Shown piece by piece: positions 39,892 to 48,992 of a DNA stretch of 58,232 nt. This DNA comes from Candidatus Sulfobium sp. Its GTDB lineage: Bacteria > Nitrospirota > Thermodesulfovibrionia > Thermodesulfovibrionales > UBA6898. The notes beneath the pieces were generated by a model. The model was given only the letters and a program-made list of their open reading frames with translations, did no database searches and had not been told where the DNA came from. Within the stretch, counting starts at the first letter, position 1; each line of letters opens with the position of its first letter. Position numbers and translations under genes: made by a program. The stretch covers positions 1 to 58,232 of the forward strand of contig JARRRI010000017.1 of the NCBI GenBank assembly GCA_037380845.1, given 5' to 3'.

Positions 39892-40260
39892 ATGGAAAGT
39901 AAACCCAAAATACTTGTGGTTGACGACGAGGAGAGCATCAGGCTCACCTTCGAAGTCTTTCTTTCAGAAGCGAATTACGAGGTGAAAACCGCCTCGAATT
40001 ACCAGGAGGCTCTCGTTGTCATGCAGGATACCGATTTCGACCTTATCTTCCTGGATATAGTCCTCAGGCACCGCTCCGGCATCGACCTCCTGCGCGAGAT
40101 AAAAAGCCGGGGCCTCAACTGCCCCGTAATTGTCATAACGGGAGACCCCAGCGCCCAGACCGCCACTGAAGCCTTCGACCTCGGGGCATTCGGCCACATC
40201 TCCAAACCGATTACCCAGGAGAAACTTCTCCGCCTTACAAGGATCGCATTGAAGGTCTGA
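39892..40260 (+). CDS. Single-domain response regulator
   Basis: ILVVDDE, FLDI, VITG, KP. Confidence 0.92.
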   Translation: MESKPKILVVDDEESIRLTFEVFLSEANYEVKTASNYQEALVVMQDTDFDLIFLDIVLRHRSGIDLLREIKSRGLNCPVIVITGDPSAQTATEAFDLGAFGHISKPITQEKLLRLTRIALKV

Positions 40261-40448
40261 GGCGGTGCGTCGTAAGGCCCGCTCCGCCAAAGCCGGAAAC
40301 CAGGGACATTTTAGCCGCAGAAGCCGGAAGCAAAAAGAAGCCGTCATAGCAGTTTATGTATTTCCGCAGATCGGCAGGAATGCATGATTCACAACCTCTG
40401 CGTCTCCGCGGTGAAAGATTTCTTGATTCTGCCTCTGCCGGATCGGGA

Positions 40449-41549
40449 TCAGTATTTGATCACGATAAACAGCACAATCTCTATGACGATCAGGATGACG
40501 ATTATAAGTTCGAGGAGTTCGGTCCTCTTGTTCGATATCCCGCGATAGAGCATGTCATAAAATCTCGTAGCTATGCTTATCTTCCTCTCCAGGCTTCGCT
40601 CCCACTGCTGCACCTTGAAGAGTGAAAGCGTCGACGAATAGACTCTCGCATAGTATACGTCCTCGGTCACCTTCAGCGAGTTGTCGATCCTCTCCGTAAT
40701 TCTCGTAAGGTCCATGACCGTGCGCATCACCCTTGCGGCCAGGGCCTCATATCTCCTGATCTTCCATATGGAAGGAGAAACCTGTGAAGCAATCCGGTCG
40801 TTGATGTTGTCAAGTTCCCTGTCAAGCATGTCATCATAGACCCTGAGTTCGAGAAGCTGTGCATTGGCGAACTCGAGGAGATCGGGGATGTCCATGCTTC
40901 CGCTCGGTTCGACGACCAGGGCCTTGTCCCAGCTCAGCACGACAAGGTCGCGTTCGGAATAAGAGAAACTGTAGGACCGCAGTTCGTCCTTGGACGCTTC
41001 GCTCGGGGGACTTTCCCCCTCTTCGTAAAGGAGCAGCCCTCTTATATCGCAGGTCCTGATCAGTTCCGCGGCGGACTTCAGAGGAGGACTCACTTCCCGC
41101 AGATAATATATTATATAGTCCTCTTCGCACCTGCTCCTGTAAACCTGATGGAGGGCCTCCCCCAGGTCGCGGACCAGGCCGTCCACTTCCCTCGGGAAAT
41201 CCTCCCTGAAGGGCTCATCGGCGCTCATGGCGAGAGACTCAAAATCGGATATGGCGAGTTCTCTGAAAGGTATCTCGAATATGATACTCAGGACGCCGTA
41301 GTCATAAGCCTTCGCGAAGGCATTAACGCCGTATTGCCTGCCGTCGAGATTTTTTTCGAAGGACCTGAGTCTCAGGGAAAGAGGGGGGTTGGCAAACTCG
41401 AATGCCTTGCTGAAACGTTTCCTGTCGATGCTCTGGCGTTTATACTCCCTTACCCTTTCCTCTACCTTGACGAGGTCTATATCCCAAGCCACGTCATAAA
41501 GTCTGTATATCAGGATACCGCCGGAAACCAGTGGACCGCCGTCCGCCAT
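40449..41549 (-). CDS. Conserved hypothetical protein (RMD1/DUF155-like, C-terminal TM)
   Basis: LLEFANAQLLELRVYD...ERIDNSLKVTEDVYYARVY...LELIIVILIVIEI. Confidence 0.7.
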   Translation of the reverse strand: MADGGPLVSGGILIYRLYDVAWDIDLVKVEERVREYKRQSIDRKRFSKAFEFANPPLSLRLRSFEKNLDGRQYGVNAFAKAYDYGVLSIIFEIPFRELAISDFESLAMSADEPFREDFPREVDGLVRDLGEALHQVYRSRCEEDYIIYYLREVSPPLKSAAELIRTCDIRGLLLYEEGESPPSEASKDELRSYSFSYSERDLVVLSWDKALVVEPSGSMDIPDLLEFANAQLLELRVYDDMLDRELDNINDRIASQVSPSIWKIRRYEALAARVMRTVMDLTRITERIDNSLKVTEDVYYARVYSSTLSLFKVQQWERSLERKISIATRFYDMLYRGISNKRTELLELIIVILIVIEIVLFIVIKY

Positions 41550-41653
41550 AGAAAAATTCTATCACACTTTGGAAGGCACGTAAATTTTCAGGCATGCCTC
41601 CGGATGTCTCCTTTTGCACGAGGGGAAAAACATTCTGTCCCCTGCGGCAATTT

Positions 41654-42397
41654 TCAGACCTTATGACAGTGGCCGCATAATTCGAAACCGTCCGGATCGA
41701 TGACTTTGTATTTGAACAGTTTTATCCATTTTGAGTCATGCGGGTTGTGGCAGCTCACACATGTAAATTCATGCCCGGGATGCTTCGGATCATTCTTGAT
41801 AAAAAGGGGGTGCCCCTTGCCGAAGGTATCTGCATGGGGCGCTCTCACAACGTTTTCATGACACTGAAGACAGAGGCCGTTGAGAGGCTTTGAAAGAAGG
41901 GCCTCGTAAGGACCGGTATGAGGAGTATGACACGACAGGCACATCCCGGCGGCCACAGGAGCATGCACTACCTTATTGTCGAATTTCCCGTGACACTCGT
42001 AACAAAGCTTCGGGACTTTCGCCCGAAGAAGATGCTCGTTGCCGCTGGAATGAGGATCGTGACAGAATGTACACATCCCTGAGGCCACCGGAGGGTGAAC
42101 AACTTTTCCTTTAAAGGCCTTGTTGCCGTGACAGTTGAAACAAAGCTTTGGCACTTCAGAAGACAGCCCGAGAGGATTGCCACCCCCTTTCTTGTGAGCA
42201 TCGGCGTGACAAATCTTGCACCCCATTTGAATGGCAGGGTGTATATATTTCTTTTTCAAGTCGGGTTTTGCCACATGGCACTTAATGCAGTCGGTGTAGT
42301 CCGCGGCATATGCAGCTGAAGAACCGCACAGAAAAAGCGCCCAGATAATAATAAATATGACTTTCGAGGCAGCGCAGGCTTTCATCGCACTTTCCAC
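41654..42397 (-). CDS. Periplasmic nonaheme cytochrome c (paired CxxCH / HxP type)
   Basis: Signal peptide; 9 motifs: CIKCH, CKICH, CFNCH, CTFCH, CYECH, CLSCH, CLQCH, CVSCH, CGHCH. Confidence 0.92.
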   Translation of the reverse strand: MESAMKACAASKVIFIIIWALFLCGSSAAYAADYTDCIKCHVAKPDLKKKYIHPAIQMGCKICHADAHKKGGGNPLGLSSEVPKLCFNCHGNKAFKGKVVHPPVASGMCTFCHDPHSSGNEHLLRAKVPKLCYECHGKFDNKVVHAPVAAGMCLSCHTPHTGPYEALLSKPLNGLCLQCHENVVRAPHADTFGKGHPLFIKNDPKHPGHEFTCVSCHNPHDSKWIKLFKYKVIDPDGFELCGHCHKV

Positions 42398-42535
42398 TCT
42401 CTCTCACCCTTAATGCTGCTAAGCGGCAGATCTGACTGAATAGTGTATATCATTAAGGTGAGTTTGCAAAGAAACCCGGAGATATCTGTCTACTGATCAG
42501 CCCGATATTCATGACCGTAAGGCGGGAACCGGGAA

Positions 42536-42558
42536 GAGGCAGGCGAAAAGCCTGCCTC
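42536..42558 (-). terminator. Stem-loop downstream of the heptaheme cytochrome gene
   Basis: gaggcaggc-gaaaa-gcctgcctc perfect 9-bp stem; U-tract weak. Confidence 0.45.
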
Positions 42559-42587
42559 CCGAATTTGCTTAGCCGTTCCGGCGAATA

Positions 42588-44309
42588 TTAGGGTGTCCCG
42601 GTGAAGTCCACACTGCTACTGCTTGAACAGACCGTCTGGACCGATGGTGAGAAGGTTACCACGGTCCCGGGCTTGGTAGGGGTCACAGTGTAACATTCAG
42701 TGCCGGGTATCCCCGTAAAAGAATAATTTCCATTGGTATCTGTCGTAGCAAGCCTGTAAGTCGTGCCTGTGGTGGATCTTCGCAGGGTCATCGTAACCCC
42801 CGAGAAAGCTGTCCCACCTGCGTGAAGAACCTGTCCGCCTATAGTGAGCTGAGCGGGTACGGTGACCTGTATGTTACCGGAAGATATAGGCCCCGCACCG
42901 GAGTTGTCAGTGACATAGTGCTGGACAGTGAACCTGCAGGTTGATGAGCAGTAGTACGTATGACTGAACCCGATATTCGAAGGGGAGTCAGTGAGATTTA
43001 TGGACCGAGTCATGACAGGCGTGCCGTCACCCCAGGAAATAGAGATAATACCCGAACCGGAATGGCCGCACAGGTTGTAATCCGGATCGTAGGAAAGGTC
43101 CGTCAGTGTAACCGTCTTGCCCGACACGGACAAACTCTTGTCAGCTATAGGGAAAGCATTGGCCGCCAGCGGTGTAACCTGGATAGTGCTCGTTCCAACA
43201 TGGTTATTTACATCAGTCACAACTAACCTCGGGAAATAGGGACCGCTGCCCGCATAACTGTGTATGACCGGCGATCCCGTTGCCGTCGTGTCGTCGCCCA
43301 GTTCCCAGAAAATGGTATAAGGCGGAGTACCTCCGGTTACAGAACCTATCAGGGTAACCTGGTAGCATCCCGGTCCGTAAAAGGCATTTATGGAAGCATC
43401 CAGCTCCACGGCGCCCCACACGTTTGACCACCCCGGATGCGGAGAGCCTCCGTGGCAGGAGATGTTCAGGCACTTGCCCCCTCCCTCGTCGTAGACGTAG
43501 TCGAAATATACGTCCGGAGCAGGACTCACATCGTACTGCATATTCACGTGGTTTGTGCGATTGGCGATGGTTAAGCCGTCAGTAGTGGTCGCATAGTGGC
43601 ATGTGGCGCATGAAAACCATGAAAATTGCTGCAGTTGCTCAAAGTGCTTCACATGGCTGTTGGACTTGGGCTGGTCCTGGGGATACTGTGGCGGATAGCT
43701 ATGGCATGAATTACACGCAACAGGTCCGGACGCACCCCAAGCGGGCGAAGTGCCTGAAGGCGGGGCCCCCGTCGTTACAGATGTCCCGTCACTGTGGCAA
43801 TATATGTTCGAGCAGGTCATAGTGCCATTCGTCGAAACGGCCGTGCCGTTGGTGGCAACATATATATAAGGACTCGCGAGAATGCGACCGTCATAGACTC
43901 CCCCGCCCTCCCCCTTATAATTAAAACCCATCTGAAGTTCGCCGTTATCGGCGATCAGCGTAACCGGCATACCCTCATAGTGGCAGGTCTGACAGTCGAA
44001 GTTATAACCTGCTGGTGTAGCGTGCTTTTCATGAGCTCCCGCAGTAGTGCCGCCGGTCACCGAAGGATAGCGGACAAGTCCGTCCTCCCCCGGCTGGTCC
44101 ATTACCGGCGGATTTCCATGACAGGCGGAACATCCCGGAAAGCCGCCGCTGTGCGGTCCGTTCGGTCCGTGACAAATTATGCACTCACAGTCGGCCGCGG
44201 CCGCCAATGATGCTGCAGCAAAAACCAGGAAAATGGACAAGAATAAAACTACAGCCCTCTTCACTGCCAAAGCTTCATACCCCCTGAACGCGACACAAAT
44301 CAATTTCAT
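42588..44309 (-). CDS. Exported multiheme cytochrome (5 CxxCH + 2 CxxxxCH) with PKD/Ig-like C-terminal domains
   Basis: CIICH, CSACH, CQTCH, CSNIYCH, CNSCH, CATCH, CLNISCH; PKD-like WELGDD and SWGDG; terminal TTDTNGNYSF beta-sandwich. Confidence 0.9.
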   Translation of the reverse strand: MKLICVAFRGYEALAVKRAVVLFLSIFLVFAAASLAAAADCECIICHGPNGPHSGGFPGCSACHGNPPVMDQPGEDGLVRYPSVTGGTTAGAHEKHATPAGYNFDCQTCHYEGMPVTLIADNGELQMGFNYKGEGGGVYDGRILASPYIYVATNGTAVSTNGTMTCSNIYCHSDGTSVTTGAPPSGTSPAWGASGPVACNSCHSYPPQYPQDQPKSNSHVKHFEQLQQFSWFSCATCHYATTTDGLTIANRTNHVNMQYDVSPAPDVYFDYVYDEGGGKCLNISCHGGSPHPGWSNVWGAVELDASINAFYGPGCYQVTLIGSVTGGTPPYTIFWELGDDTTATGSPVIHSYAGSGPYFPRLVVTDVNNHVGTSTIQVTPLAANAFPIADKSLSVSGKTVTLTDLSYDPDYNLCGHSGSGIISISWGDGTPVMTRSINLTDSPSNIGFSHTYYCSSTCRFTVQHYVTDNSGAGPISSGNIQVTVPAQLTIGGQVLHAGGTAFSGVTMTLRRSTTGTTYRLATTDTNGNYSFTGIPGTECYTVTPTKPGTVVTFSPSVQTVCSSSSSVDFTGTP

Positions 44310-44434
44310 GTCAAGTCCCCTCCTTCAAGATGCGGAATTATAAATACCCCTTGATCGTGTTCGGTCCAACAATTTTATTCTATCCGGGCACTCACCTTTT
44401 TTTAAAAATCAGGCCAGCAGCGGCTGCCGGAGAA

Positions 44435-44476
44435 CAAAATAAACGGGCGACCGAAACAAATGTCTTCGGCAGCCCG
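44435..44476 (-). terminator. Riboswitch expression platform terminator
   Basis: Minus strand CGGGCUGCCGAAGAC-AUUU-GUUUCGGUCGCCCG-UUUAUUUU, overlapping the aptamer 3' strand. Confidence 0.75.
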
Positions 44477-44542
44477 GCCATCTTATCTTCTAAGACCCGT
44501 CGGCTTTCCGCCCTCTCCTCACGAAGAGTTTGGTCTTGTCGG
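44465..44542 (-). promoter_or_regulatory. GEMM-I (cyclic dinucleotide class I) riboswitch with A20 variant (predicted 3',3'-cGAMP)
   Basis: Minus strand CGACAAGACCAAACUCUUC-GUGA-GGAGAGGGCGGAAAGCCGACGGGUCUUA-GAAGA-UAAGAUGGCCGGGCUGCCG: YAAAC, GNRA-capped P2, GGAAAGCC junction, GCCGGGNUGCC 3' end. Confidence 0.88.
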
Positions 44543-44611
44543 ACACGCACCCACCCTATGAATCTGTCAAGGTATTGTGAATCGCCCCCCTGAATATCTA
44601 TATATGATATG

Positions 44612-44640
44612 ATCCTACACTCTCAGACCGCATCTGTCAA
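44612..44640 (-). promoter_or_regulatory. Sigma70 promoter upstream of the riboswitch
   Basis: TTGACA-17 bp-TAGGAT on the minus strand. Confidence 0.65.
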
Positions 44641-44725
44641 GTGCAATGGTCCGGTCTTTCCGGGAAATTGCCTAATACGTCTCACGGAGAGAACACCAGT
44701 CTTTCCCGCGCGAGCACGGTCCTTC

Positions 44726-45331
44726 TCAGTGCCCGGCGGCACTTCCCCACAGGTCCTTCAGACGCTGATCGCGGCCGCAGGTGAAACGGTAAAATTTGTA
44801 GCGGACCGGGTTCTTCCTGTAATAGTGCTGGTGGTACTCCTCGGCGGGATAGAACTCTCCGGCCTTCACGATCTCCGTCACTACGGGGCCTTTGAACGGT
44901 TTGTTCTTCTCCAGGGCGGCCTTCGACCGCAGCGCCAGGCGGTGCTGCTCCTCGTTGTGATAAAAAATGGCACTCCGATACTGATGCCCCGAATCGCAGA
45001 ACTGACGGTCCTTCACGGTTGGATCAATGTTGTGCCAGAAGACGTAGAGCAGCTTTTCATAGCTGATCCGCGCAGGGTCGTAAACGATCTGGACGGATTC
45101 GGCGTGCCCCGTCCCTCCTGCTGATACCTCTTCATAGGTGGGGTTCTTTGTATGCCCCCCTGTATACCCGGATGTGACCGATACCACCCCGGGGAGCTGA
45201 TCGAAGGGATGCTCCATACACCAGAAGCAGCCGCCCGCGAAGGTGGCCTTCTCAAGGCCGGCGGCAGACACGGCTGTAACCCCGCTCAGAGCTATGGTCA
45301 ATGTCATAATCGATATAAAAAGTATCTTCAT
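44726..45331 (-). CDS. msrA: Exported peptide methionine sulfoxide reductase A
   Basis: FAGGCFWC, SGYTGG, PTYEEV, AEEYHQ; signal peptide. Confidence 0.95.
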   Translation of the reverse strand: MKILFISIMTLTIALSGVTAVSAAGLEKATFAGGCFWCMEHPFDQLPGVVSVTSGYTGGHTKNPTYEEVSAGGTGHAESVQIVYDPARISYEKLLYVFWHNIDPTVKDRQFCDSGHQYRSAIFYHNEEQHRLALRSKAALEKNKPFKGPVVTEIVKAGEFYPAEEYHQHYYRKNPVRYKFYRFTCGRDQRLKDLWGSAAGH

Positions 45332-45481
45332 AAGCTTTTCCTCTGAGGTCCCGCCTGGGACGGCTCATGCTGTCGGTCGCGGGCCGTTTCATCGTTGCCT
45401 CATGATACTATTTTCCCATAAAGCGGCATTATTTCAAGTCGGGCAAAGGCGACAGCCGTTTGATCCGGAGCTATCCGGTCT

Positions 45482-45912
45482 TCACCGGATGGCTATGGAG
45501 TCGAAAGTAATCTCTCCGTTGGTGATCGTAACAGTGCCTTTGATCACCGTCCCGGGTATGCGGGCGGTCGAGTATGAACAGTCATACCCTCCTTTCAATG
45601 TTACCGTCTTGTTGTCATCGAAGACGACGGGATCTAATAGGAGTCGTTTATATCCTGGCCGCTAAGGGCATTGGCCATTGCGCTAGGGTACCATGTATTG
45701 GATACCGGTGCGTTGGGAAAATTCGCATAGCTGTATACACCTCCCCCATGTCCCAGGATATAAGAGTTAGCCATGCTGGTCCAGCATGCCTCAATATCGA
45801 TGGGGCCGGCGGAATTCAGATATCCCTCCCACAAGTTCACGGCATAATCTAAAGCCGCCTGGACTTCAGGGGGCCACGCCAGGCAGGAATCACTAAAAAA
45901 CCGATCAGCCAC
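45482..45912 (-). pseudogene. Remnant of a large secreted protein (N-terminal protease-like fragment fused out of frame to a C-terminal TLKGGYDC domain)
   Basis: ORF WPPEVQAALDYAVNLW...NTWYPSAMANALSGQD stops at 45634. Another frame continues DPVVFDDNKTVTLKGGYDCSYS...ITFDSIAIR* to 45482. Confidence 0.6.
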
Positions 45913-46060
45913 GAGAAGACCGCCGCAGGGAAGCTTGCCGACCCACTGCTCATCAACTATTAGATTCTACTTCGCAGGCGAATTCCCAGTTTCCCGGACC
46001 AGGGGACAGGGGCGGCACGGATCCCGTCGTGATGGTCCCAGGAGTCCTGAAGCGCTGGGA

Positions 46061-46327
46061 CTAATGAGCTTTCTCTATGCTCCTTATGAATTCTCCCACC
46101 TCTATGCCGAGGCTCTCGCACTTCAGGCCGTTCATACAGTCTTCAGCGTCTTTCCTCTTGAGATAAGCAGTGACTTCCCGCCCGTCCCTGGCCAGTTCCA
46201 CCAGCCATGCGTCTTCCAATTCATCGAAACTCAGGCCCAACGATATTTTGCTTTCCATTATTTCCGGATACATTTCATGCAGCGTCCTGGCCAATGCCTC
46301 ACGTTCTTTTTCCATGGCAACCTCCAA
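46061..46327 (-). CDS. Small hypothetical protein
   Basis: GGAGG before MEKERE; MYPEI...LSFDE...AEDCMNGLKCESLG. Confidence 0.7.
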   Translation of the reverse strand: MEVAMEKEREALARTLHEMYPEIMESKISLGLSFDELEDAWLVELARDGREVTAYLKRKDAEDCMNGLKCESLGIEVGEFIRSIEKAH

Positions 46328-46424
46328 AACATCTTTCGTGATCGCGTCCTTAATGAGGGAAGGGAGATGTTCGACAGACAGGATTCTTCCCCACCCCTCT
46401 CCCCTCTAAAATTAATAAATCGGA

Positions 46425-48374
46425 TCAGTGCCTTATTCGTATGGTGTATAACATCCCCAGATACCTGTCACCTTCATGCACCGGAACCATAAAGAAAGAG
46501 CCCTCCTTTCCTTCAGCCAGGCGGCAGTCAAAGGAGCTTTCCCCCCTTTCTGAAATGGCTTTGAGAATATATTTCGAGGACGGCACATCCAAGGTATTGA
46601 AATCCACATCGACGAGGCTGTTTTCTTCAGGATAACCATAGCGGTTTATGCCCCGGGCATCGACCCACTGGACCGAGTAGAGGCCGCCGTATTCAGAGTA
46701 AAACTTTTTGAATATGGTCCGGATCTTTCCCGTGTCGTTCGCTGACAAGGCGGCCGTGAGATAATCACTGCCTGCCATCCTTCTCAGTGAACCTTCGGAG
46801 GAAAGCGTCTTCACCTCTTTACCGGATTTTTCAGTGGTTGAAGCACCTTCAACCCCCGCATGGGTCAGCACAACCCGCCACTCCGTATCCCCGAGGCCCA
46901 CTGTAGTCCAATATGCGTCTTTCCGCACGGGCCTCTTCAGCCCCCTTCCCAGGAACTCGTAGCTGCCGGTCCCCTTTCTTTTGCCAGCTATCAACCTGCC
47001 CAGCGCGAGGAGCTGGGGAAAGGGCTTATATATGGGGTCTTCGAAGAGCATTCGACCCACCTCTTCCTTGTCCGGGTCATAGAGGATTCTTCCGTCCTTC
47101 TGCATCACCCAGACATCTACAGGCATGCCCTGAACTACAGAGGAAGCGGCGGACTCAAGCAGCATCTCGGGCCTGATGAGCATGCTCACGGAACCGGCAA
47201 ACCCTCCTCCGGGAGAAAATATGGGATATTCGAAGTCGACGGCATCGAACCCCTCGACAGAGCGGATAACAGTGCCGAGGACCGGCTTTTTAGACTTATG
47301 CAGCCGGATTATCTGCTCCTGAGAGCCGATATCGGAGCCCTCGAATTCCGCATACTTTTCAGGCTCTACCACCACCATCGTACCTTCGGGGTCAACAGCG
47401 GAGCAGTCAACCGCATAGGGATGCGAACTGCAAAGGTCCTTCAGAATCCGTCTTACCCGGGGTCCCTCCAGGCCCTCTTTCGAAACCGCCTCAGCGGCGG
47501 CGGCAACGTCCCGGTTCATTCGTTCGAGGGCCGATGTCACTTCCTTCTCCATTTCCAGAAGAAAGGGGGGAAGATCGACGGCCGAATCAACCGGCTTTCC
47601 GGTCGCTACGCCCAGGGCATACACCCAACCCGTCAGAGGAGACCTCCTGTAGACGACGGTCCTCTCGCCGTAGAAATCATATTTCACCTCACCTTCCGGC
47701 TTCGAAAGCATCTCCGCCACGGAATCCCGGAGCGTCCTGCTGCCCATATCCGAGGGATAGGCGAAAAGCAAAGTAGAGACCCTGTGCAGGGACGTCAGGC
47801 CCTTCGCATCGATTGCATAGAAGATCAGACCTTCCGGCAGGGCCATCTTCCGGTCAATCATTTTGCTTATCGTCCTGACCGAGAGGGATGCGCCGAGGCC
47901 GCCGATAATCCTGCCGTTTCTCTTCACCGGGACTGCGACGATAGCGCTTCGTTTTCCGGTGGATTTACTGATAACAAGGTCACCAGTCACGTCTTTCCCC
48001 GACATAAGCCCGGGGAAATAAGGACGGTCCCGCAGGCTGAGACCGGTCAAGCCCTTGTCGACGGCGTAGTAGGAACCATCAGGCCTCACGAACCACAAAG
48101 CGACGACCGTTGTATCCCGCCCGTTGAATTCGGTCAACAGGGATTTCATATCTTCCCATTTCCCGCTCTGCACTTCCCGCGTGGAAGACATGAGTTTGAG
48201 TGTATTCAGGACGTGCTCCACGTGCCCCTCTCCAAGGGCCACAAAAGAATTGAGGAGAAGACGCAGTTCCGGCGAGCTCACTACGGTTTTGTTTACCGCA
48301 GCGGGCTTAAGCTCCGCTGCAAAAGCAGGCACTGAAACCATGAGGAACAGGACAACAATCCGTACCATCTTCAT
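46425..48374 (-). CDS. Periplasmic multi-Cache-domain protein without TM or output domain
   Basis: Signal peptide from ATG 48374; Cache motifs DRPYF...ISKSTGK...VAVPV, SQEQI...VEG, DGRILYD; no later TM segment. Confidence 0.8.
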   Translation of the reverse strand: MKMVRIVVLFLMVSVPAFAAELKPAAVNKTVVSSPELRLLLNSFVALGEGHVEHVLNTLKLMSSTREVQSGKWEDMKSLLTEFNGRDTTVVALWFVRPDGSYYAVDKGLTGLSLRDRPYFPGLMSGKDVTGDLVISKSTGKRSAIVAVPVKRNGRIIGGLGASLSVRTISKMIDRKMALPEGLIFYAIDAKGLTSLHRVSTLLFAYPSDMGSRTLRDSVAEMLSKPEGEVKYDFYGERTVVYRRSPLTGWVYALGVATGKPVDSAVDLPPFLLEMEKEVTSALERMNRDVAAAAEAVSKEGLEGPRVRRILKDLCSSHPYAVDCSAVDPEGTMVVVEPEKYAEFEGSDIGSQEQIIRLHKSKKPVLGTVIRSVEGFDAVDFEYPIFSPGGGFAGSVSMLIRPEMLLESAASSVVQGMPVDVWVMQKDGRILYDPDKEEVGRMLFEDPIYKPFPQLLALGRLIAGKRKGTGSYEFLGRGLKRPVRKDAYWTTVGLGDTEWRVVLTHAGVEGASTTEKSGKEVKTLSSEGSLRRMAGSDYLTAALSANDTGKIRTIFKKFYSEYGGLYSVQWVDARGINRYGYPEENSLVDVDFNTLDVPSSKYILKAISERGESSFDCRLAEGKEGSFFMVPVHEGDRYLGMLYTIRIRH

Positions 48375-48452
48375 GATCAAACCCCCTTGATTCCCGTCTC
48401 TGTTCAAATTCTAGCAAACGCCAATCCGGTGTCAAGTAGGGTCAGGTCCCCG

Positions 48453-48500
48453 TGTAGCGAGCACATAAACTGTCCGTACCTGTAACACATAAATTGGCCG
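48453..48500 (+). mobile_element. IS21-family-like terminal repeat remnant (no transposase)
   Basis: 5'-TG start with two 15-bp imperfect direct repeats CACATAAACTGTCCG (48462) and CACATAAATTGGCCG (48486) at 24-bp pitch. Confidence 0.55.
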
Positions 48501-48676
48501 GATAAGATTGAATGGCAAGGAGGGCCATTCTTCAGGCGGATTTCCTTCAATACTATGGGCTTAGAAATCCATGATCAGTCGCTATTTTTAAAAGAATTGA
48601 TCATCCGAATCCCCGTGAGTCCCATGTCTGGAACTATACAGAATTGACAGTCTTCAAGGGCTGGGAATTCCGGCTC

Positions 48677-48766
48677 GAACAGTTCAAACCGTCAAAGCAG
48701 TTTAAACGATCCGGGCAGTTCAAGCAGTTTGAACTGTTTAAACGGTTCTATCGGTTCAAACGGTTT
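48677..48766. repeat. 9-bp tandem array A (AAACRGTTY x10)
   Basis: gaacagttc aaaccgtca aagcagttt aaacgatcc gggcagttc aagcagttt gaactgttt aaacggttc tatcggttc aaacggttt. Confidence 0.88.
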
Positions 48767-48779
48767 CTTGAGAGGGGGA

Positions 48780-48809
48780 TTGACAAAGGCCCGTAAATTC
48801 CAGTATCGT
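48780..48809 (+). promoter_or_regulatory. Putative sigma70 promoter between arrays A and B
   Basis: TTGACA-18 bp-TATCGT. Confidence 0.5.
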
Positions 48810-48903
48810 ACGCTACACCTGGGGACGGAAGTGATTTAAGGTGTGAGAACCGGCCCGCTTCATATGGTCGGCGTGCATTGCCTGCTTTTCCCATACGTGC
48901 AAG

Positions 48904-48975
48904 AAACAGTTCAACCAGTTTTAGCAGTTTAAACGGTTTAAACTGTTTTTACGGTTCAAACGGTTTAGGCGGTTT
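48904..48975. repeat. 9-bp tandem array B (x8)
   Basis: aaacagttc aaccagttt tagcagttt aaacggttt aaactgttt ttacggttc aaacggttt aggcggttt. Confidence 0.88.
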
Positions 48976-48992
48976 TCGGGGGGGAGAGTGAC

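Noticed and set aside
40300..40416. Degenerate CCGCAG...CTCTGCG..CCGCGG palindrome (similar one at about 56540-56620)
   Set aside because: Too degenerate to define boundaries or function; probably a decayed intergenic repeat.
46860..48335. 491-aa plus-strand ORF and other long overlapping ORFs (e.g. 8835-9755, 28354-29286, 34413-35252)
   Set aside because: Antisense to well-supported genes with no recognisable motifs; expected in GC-rich coding DNA.
48810..48900. Riboswitch in the leader between the 9-mer arrays
   Set aside because: Only a short ACACCT/AGGTGT stem; no match to any aptamer consensus I recognise.
48677..48975. Possible CRISPR array
   Set aside because: Contiguous 9-bp units with no unique spacers, and no cas genes in the window.
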